A stretch of DNA of 64,000 nucleotides from an uncultured Chloroflexia bacterium (GTDB taxonomy: Bacteria; Chloroflexota; Limnocylindria; Limnocylindrales; CSP1-4), in NCBI GenBank assembly GCA_963752475.1, contig CAVVYR010000008.1, positions 32,001-96,000 on the forward strand, written 5' to 3'. The notes under the pieces were generated by a model. The model had not been told where the DNA came from. It saw only the letters and a list, made by a program, of their open reading frames with translations, and did no database searches. Position numbers and translations under genes: made by a program. Position 1 is the first letter of the stretch, and each line of letters opens with the position of its first letter. This document shows positions 59,526-64,000 of this stretch, one piece after another.

Positions 59526-61486
59526 AGAAGCTCGTCGACTCCGTCGGCGCCGGCGTGATGGCCCCGGCCCGAACGCCCTTGGACGCGGTACCACCGGCAC
59601 AGGTGGTCAATGCCTTCGTGGAGGCGGCTTGCCAGCGGGTCCGCGAGGGCAAGCCCCTGCGGCGCAAGCTCAGCCCGTGGGGCCGGGTCCACGTCGATCG
59701 TCCCCTGCCATTCGTAATCGTCTACCGACGACCGCTCAAGCGCCAAGACGATGGCACCGAGGCGCTCATCGTCGGCGAAGCCTCGTATGTCATCGCGGCC
59801 GGCGGGCGCCGGGCACGACCTGGCCTGGAGGCGCTCATCGAGGGCATCGCCAAGGCCCAGACCGAGAACTTCGGCTCGTTCCTGATCGTGGAGCTGTGGT
59901 CCACCACGGATTCGGAGCTGCCGTCGGATGCCAGGGCATGGTCGCCGGGCTTCCGTATCCACCAACCGCGTAGGAGCAAGCTCTCGGCCACGATCACCTC
60001 GCTCGAGAACGCCCTTGGCGAGGTCCGTGTGAAGGGCGACTTCGCGGTCGTCGAGACCGTGGGCGTGGCCAACGTGCGTCCACCAGGCCTGCCCTCGATC
60101 ATGACCGCGAGCCGGGCGGCAGCGCTGGGAGTCCATGTCATCGGGCTGGAGGTCCAGCCGGCCTTCCGCAGTCCCGGCGGGACAGAGGTCTACCCGCTGG
60201 TGCACCGGGCCCTTCACCATGGCATCTCGCGCGCCTTGAAGCGGGCTGTCTTCGACTTCACTCGTCTGCGCACGTCGCACAAGCCGCCCAACTACCATGC
60301 GCTCGGACGTCACAGCGTGGTCAAGGCTGTGTGGGACGTGGACCGCCGCTTGGCCCAAGTCAGCAGTGCCTTCGACTTCATCCTGCAGGTGACCCCGACC
60401 AACGCCGATGCTGCCTGGGCGGAGTTCCGTCGCCGACGCTTCGAGGTGCCCCCCGAGTTCACTTCGCGACCCCTGAAGCTGGACACCGCGCTGGCCAAGC
60501 GAGAGCTATTCAGGATCCCCATCGAACGCGTCGAGGATCCAACGCTGGCCCAGCTCTTCCGCGCACAGCAGACGTCGCTCGACCGCAAGCTCACCATGCT
60601 GGGGGATCGCGGGCGGCCCGAGTTCCTCTACGGCAGCCTGCAGGTCTTCGGTGGCGTCGACGAGCCGTTGCTTAACCTTGCGTACGAGGTGCTCAACCGG
60701 GTTCCGTCACGCACGCGAGGTGAGTCAAGCAAGGGGGCCGCCGACGCCAGAACTCTGGCCGCCCTGGCCACTAAGGAACTTGAACACTACCGGGCCCAGT
60801 ATCCGGAGCTGGTGAGTGGCGTCGACATTCGCAAGGACGTCGTAGGTGCCATGGTCTCGCGCGGCCGCCTGCTCGTGGGAGCGCGCATCAGGGTTCCCGT
60901 CAGCCGTCTCGAGGCGCTGTTGACACACGAGGTCGGCACCCATGTCGTGACGTACGTCAACGGCAAGGCCCAGCCCTTCCGCCAGCTGGCCATCGGCCTG
61001 CCGGAGTACGACGAACTCCAGGAGGGCCTGGCGGTCTTCTCCGAGTACCTGGTGGGGGGCTTCAGCCGCCCACGGGTACGACTCCTCGCAGCACGTGTGC
61101 TGGCGGTCCGGCGCATGCTGGATGGAGCCGACTTCGTGGAGGTCTTTCGGGAGCTCGACCGGGCGCACGACTTCGAGCAGCGCACGGCGTTCGGCGTGAC
61201 CATGCGGGTGTTCCGCGGGGGCGGGCTGACCAAGGATGTGGTCTATCTGCGGGGCCTGGTGGGTCTGCTGGCCTACCTGCGCGAAGGCGGGTCGCTCGAC
61301 ACGCTACTGATCGGGAAGCTCGGTCTCGCAGATGTGCCCATCATCGAGGAGCTACAGTGGCGCAAGATCCTGCGGCCGCCGCCGCTTCGGCCCCGACACC
61401 TTGACGACCCCGAACCCCAAGCACGATTGCAGGCAGCCCGACAAGGAGTGACAGTTCTGGACCTCGTCAAGAAAGGACGAAGATGA
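59522..61486 (+). CDS. QEGLA-motif / DUF1704 metallopeptidase (MATCAP-like)
   Basis: HEVGTH zinc motif, QEGLA, R.FRGGG.TKD.VYL.G. Confidence 0.9.
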   Translation: MKKLVDSVGAGVMAPARTPLDAVPPAQVVNAFVEAACQRVREGKPLRRKLSPWGRVHVDRPLPFVIVYRRPLKRQDDGTEALIVGEASYVIAAGGRRARPGLEALIEGIAKAQTENFGSFLIVELWSTTDSELPSDARAWSPGFRIHQPRRSKLSATITSLENALGEVRVKGDFAVVETVGVANVRPPGLPSIMTASRAAALGVHVIGLEVQPAFRSPGGTEVYPLVHRALHHGISRALKRAVFDFTRLRTSHKPPNYHALGRHSVVKAVWDVDRRLAQVSSAFDFILQVTPTNADAAWAEFRRRRFEVPPEFTSRPLKLDTALAKRELFRIPIERVEDPTLAQLFRAQQTSLDRKLTMLGDRGRPEFLYGSLQVFGGVDEPLLNLAYEVLNRVPSRTRGESSKGAADARTLAALATKELEHYRAQYPELVSGVDIRKDVVGAMVSRGRLLVGARIRVPVSRLEALLTHEVGTHVVTYVNGKAQPFRQLAIGLPEYDELQEGLAVFSEYLVGGFSRPRVRLLAARVLAVRRMLDGADFVEVFRELDRAHDFEQRTAFGVTMRVFRGGGLTKDVVYLRGLVGLLAYLREGGSLDTLLIGKLGLADVPIIEELQWRKILRPPPLRPRHLDDPEPQARLQAARQGVTVLDLVKKGRR

Positions 61487-62529
61487 AGATCGGTTTCATG
61501 GTCAATGACATCGCCACGGAAGAGCCGGGCTACACCACCAGTCGGCTCGCGATGGCCGCCATCAACCGCGGCCACGAAGCCTGGGTCATCGGTGCAGGCG
61601 ACTTCGCCTACGACAGCGACGAGACCATCAAGGCTCGAGCGACAGCAGCACCGAAGAAGGCCTACAAGTCCTCCGACACGTATGTCTCCGACCTGAAGGG
61701 TCGCAAGGCCAAGCAGGAGCGCGTCAGCGTCGACGAACTCGACGTTCTCATGCTGCGCAATGATCCCTCCGCGGACTTGGGCCACCGGGCGTGGGCTCAG
61801 TCGTCGGGCATCATCTTCGGTCGCGTGGCGATGCGCGGTGGTCTCATCGTGCTCAACGATCCCAACGGCCTGGCCAAGGCCATGAACAAGATGTACTTCC
61901 AGTTCTATCCGGAGGAGGTCCGTCCGCGCACGATCATCACGCGCTCACGCGATGAGATCAAGGCCTTCTGGAAAGAGGAAGGTGGGCAGATCGTCCTCAA
62001 GCCGCTGCAGGGCTCGGGCGGTTCTGGCGTCTTCCTCGTGCGCAAGGACGACGGGTCCAACCTGAACCAGATGGTCGACGCGGTCAGCCGTGATGGCTAC
62101 GTGATCGCCCAGGAGTACCTACCAGCGGCCGAGGAAGGCGACACCCGCCTGTTCCTCATGAACGGCCAGCCCTTGCGCTATCGCGGCAAGTACGCAGCCT
62201 TCCGTCGCGTCCGCTCAGGCGACGACATGCGCAGCAACATCCATGCCGGCGGCAAGCTGCGCGAGGCGGTCATCACCGACGCACACCTGCGGATCGCGGA
62301 GATCGTACGACCAAAGGTCGTTCAGGACGGCATGTTCCTGGTCGGGCTAGACATCGTGGGTGACAAACTCATGGAGATCAACGTCTTCAGCCCCGGAGGT
62401 CTGGGCAGCGCGCAGCGCTACGAGAAGGTCAACTTCGCCCATGCGGTAATCGAGGCACTCGAGCGGAAGGTCGACTACATGAGCTTCTACCGCCGCAACT
62501 TCGACAACGTGGACATGGCCACCCTCTAG
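61483..62529 (+). CDS. Glutathione synthetase-like ATP-grasp ligase
   Basis: R.DP, NDP.GL, KPL.G.GG.GVF, QEYLP...GD.R, RSN.HAGG, VGLDIVG..LMEINV.SP. Confidence 0.9.
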   Translation: MKIGFMVNDIATEEPGYTTSRLAMAAINRGHEAWVIGAGDFAYDSDETIKARATAAPKKAYKSSDTYVSDLKGRKAKQERVSVDELDVLMLRNDPSADLGHRAWAQSSGIIFGRVAMRGGLIVLNDPNGLAKAMNKMYFQFYPEEVRPRTIITRSRDEIKAFWKEEGGQIVLKPLQGSGGSGVFLVRKDDGSNLNQMVDAVSRDGYVIAQEYLPAAEEGDTRLFLMNGQPLRYRGKYAAFRRVRSGDDMRSNIHAGGKLREAVITDAHLRIAEIVRPKVVQDGMFLVGLDIVGDKLMEINVFSPGGLGSAQRYEKVNFAHAVIEALERKVDYMSFYRRNFDNVDMATL

Positions 62530-62748
62530 ACCATGCAGCCTGGGGCCTGCTTCGCCAGCTTCCGGGCAGGCACAGGGGAGCCACCGGAGGCGTAGGCCCC
62601 CGCCACTTCTCGGGACTGAAGACCGTGGCGGGAAGGCTGGCGCAACAATAGACACACAGGAACCGGACGGTCTACAGCCCTGTACGATGAAGGGTCAAGC
62701 GGAGAGTGGGTGCGTGCAACCGTGCCCGACGCAGGAGTAGCACGACGA

Positions 62749-64000
62749 GTGACGGACACCACGATGGTGACCCTGGCGCAGGCTGGGGACTCGCACGGAA
62801 CCAAGGCGGCCAACCTGGCCTGGCTCATCGAGCACGGCTATCGCGTGCCGCCCGGCGTCGTGGCTCGCTCGTCCGGGGTCAGCGACCTGGTCGGATGGAC
62901 CCGGCCCGGACAGGCCTACGCGGTCCGCTCCTCCAGCTCCGTCGAGGACGGGTCGGACTTCAGTTTCGCGGGACAGTTCAGCTCGGTCTTGGGCGTCGAG
63001 GGCCCCGACGCCATCCGTGCCGCCGTCGAACGGGTCGAGGAGTCCGCCCATGACGAACGGCTCCTCCCGTACCTCGAGCACGCCGGTGTCGCGCCCGATG
63101 CGGTGCGGATGCACGTCATCGTGCAGGAGATGGTGCCGGCGGTCGCTGGCGGCGTCGGCTTCAGCCGCAACCCGCTCACGGGCTTGACGGACGTGCTCAT
63201 CGAGGCCGTGGCGGGCACGGGCGATGCCCTCGTCTCCGGGCAGCAGACACCGGAGCGCTGGGTCCGCCACTGGGGGGAGTGGACCCAGCGACCAGACGAT
63301 CCCGTCCTGACGCCGGCGGCGGCCGACGAACTGGCCGAAGGCGTCGAGTCGATCGCGGAAGCGTGGGGAGCGCCGGTCGACGTGGAATGGGCCTGGGACG
63401 GCAAGTCCATCTCCTGGCTTCAGGTCCGGCCCATGACTGACACGGACGTCCCGGTCTACTCCGCTCGGTTGTCCAAGGAGTTCCTGCCGGGCATGATCCC
63501 GCCCCTCGTGTGGTCGTTCAACGTGCCCATCGTCAACAGCGCCTGGCTCGACCTGTTCACCTCGGTCGTGGGCCCGCTCGACCTTGAGCCAGAGGACCTG
63601 TCCCGGCAGTTCGCCTATCGCGCGTACTTCAACATGGGCGCGGTCGGTGACATCTTCGAGGCCATGAGCATGCCCCGAGACCTGCTGGAAGTGCTAGCCG
63701 GCATCGAAGGCGGTGAGGACCGGCCCACCTTCCGCCCCAGCCTGGGTGTCGTGCGCCACCTCCCGCGCATGAGCCGCGTCGGCTGGCGCATGGCCCGCTA
63801 CCACCATGAGCTGGACCGGCTCATCCCTCGAGTCCAGGACGAGATGGACCGACTCGCCGCCCGCGATCTGCGCTCGATGTCCGACAACGGCCTCGTAGGC
63901 CATCTCGCGGACCTATCGGCCATGGTCCGGCGTGTCGCGGCGGCCAACATCCTGGCGCCGCTCCTGTTCAATGCCTACAGCTCGGTCCTGCGGCGGCGGT
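62749..64000 (+). CDS. PEP/pyruvate-binding domain protein (PEP synthase / rifampin phosphotransferase-like), runs off window end
   Basis: GTKAANL...GYRVPPG, AVRSSSSVEDG...SFAGQF, VIVQEMV, DVEWAWDG, LQVRPMT. Confidence 0.88.
   Translation, partial: MTDTTMVTLAQAGDSHGTKAANLAWLIEHGYRVPPGVVARSSGVSDLVGWTRPGQAYAVRSSSSVEDGSDFSFAGQFSSVLGVEGPDAIRAAVERVEESAHDERLLPYLEHAGVAPDAVRMHVIVQEMVPAVAGGVGFSRNPLTGLTDVLIEAVAGTGDALVSGQQTPERWVRHWGEWTQRPDDPVLTPAAADELAEGVESIAEAWGAPVDVEWAWDGKSISWLQVRPMTDTDVPVYSARLSKEFLPGMIPPLVWSFNVPIVNSAWLDLFTSVVGPLDLEPEDLSRQFAYRAYFNMGAVGDIFEAMSMPRDLLEVLAGIEGGEDRPTFRPSLGVVRHLPRMSRVGWRMARYHHELDRLIPRVQDEMDRLAARDLRSMSDNGLVGHLADLSAMVRRVAAANILAPLLFNAYSSVLRRR

Noticed and set aside
62550-62645. 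Hammerhead-like CTGAAGA core
   Set aside because: Followed by GAAG rather than the invariant GAAA, and stem I and the cleavage triplet do not fit
62680-62730. GTGCAACCG resembling a c-di-GMP-II riboswitch 3' end
   Set aside because: The pseudoknot partner and upstream stems are not present at the right positions
1-64000. CRISPR arrays, rRNA/tRNA genes, integrases, transposases
   Set aside because: No regularly spaced repeats or diagnostic motifs recognised by eye; a dedicated scan was not possible

Overview
High-GC (roughly 70% by eye), gene-dense bacterial window, with gene content suggestive of Chloroflexota or Actinomycetota (not established). About 60 CDS; no rRNA, tRNA, CRISPR array, integrase or transposase recognised. 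Many single-base frameshifts in otherwise intact genes suggest long-read indel errors. Layout: (1) 1-16.6 kb housekeeping and stress genes (mobA end, serine hydrolase, J-domain protein, YceI/MarR pair with three operator boxes, pepP, CsbD, two-component pair, Dps). (2) 16.8-39.4 kb SorC-family sugar/polyol catabolic locus whose three promoter regions each carry tandem 14-bp boxes 19 bp apart; it embeds two signal-less molybdoenzymes (DmsAB+C, BisC-like) and a GerMN / cysteine desulfurase / DUF3343 / split YedE module. (3) vapBC and ipdC, then a ~9.9-kb integrase-free sugar-acid catabolic island flanked by a perfect 57-bp direct repeat of the ipdC 3' end. (4) YbaK, USP, a second ipdC, PASTA protein, mgtE, and a coupled N-formylglutamate amidohydrolase / QEGLA (MATCAP-like) peptidase / GshB-like ligase operon, then a partial PEP-utilising enzyme. 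All product calls come from motif recognition by eye; no database search was run.
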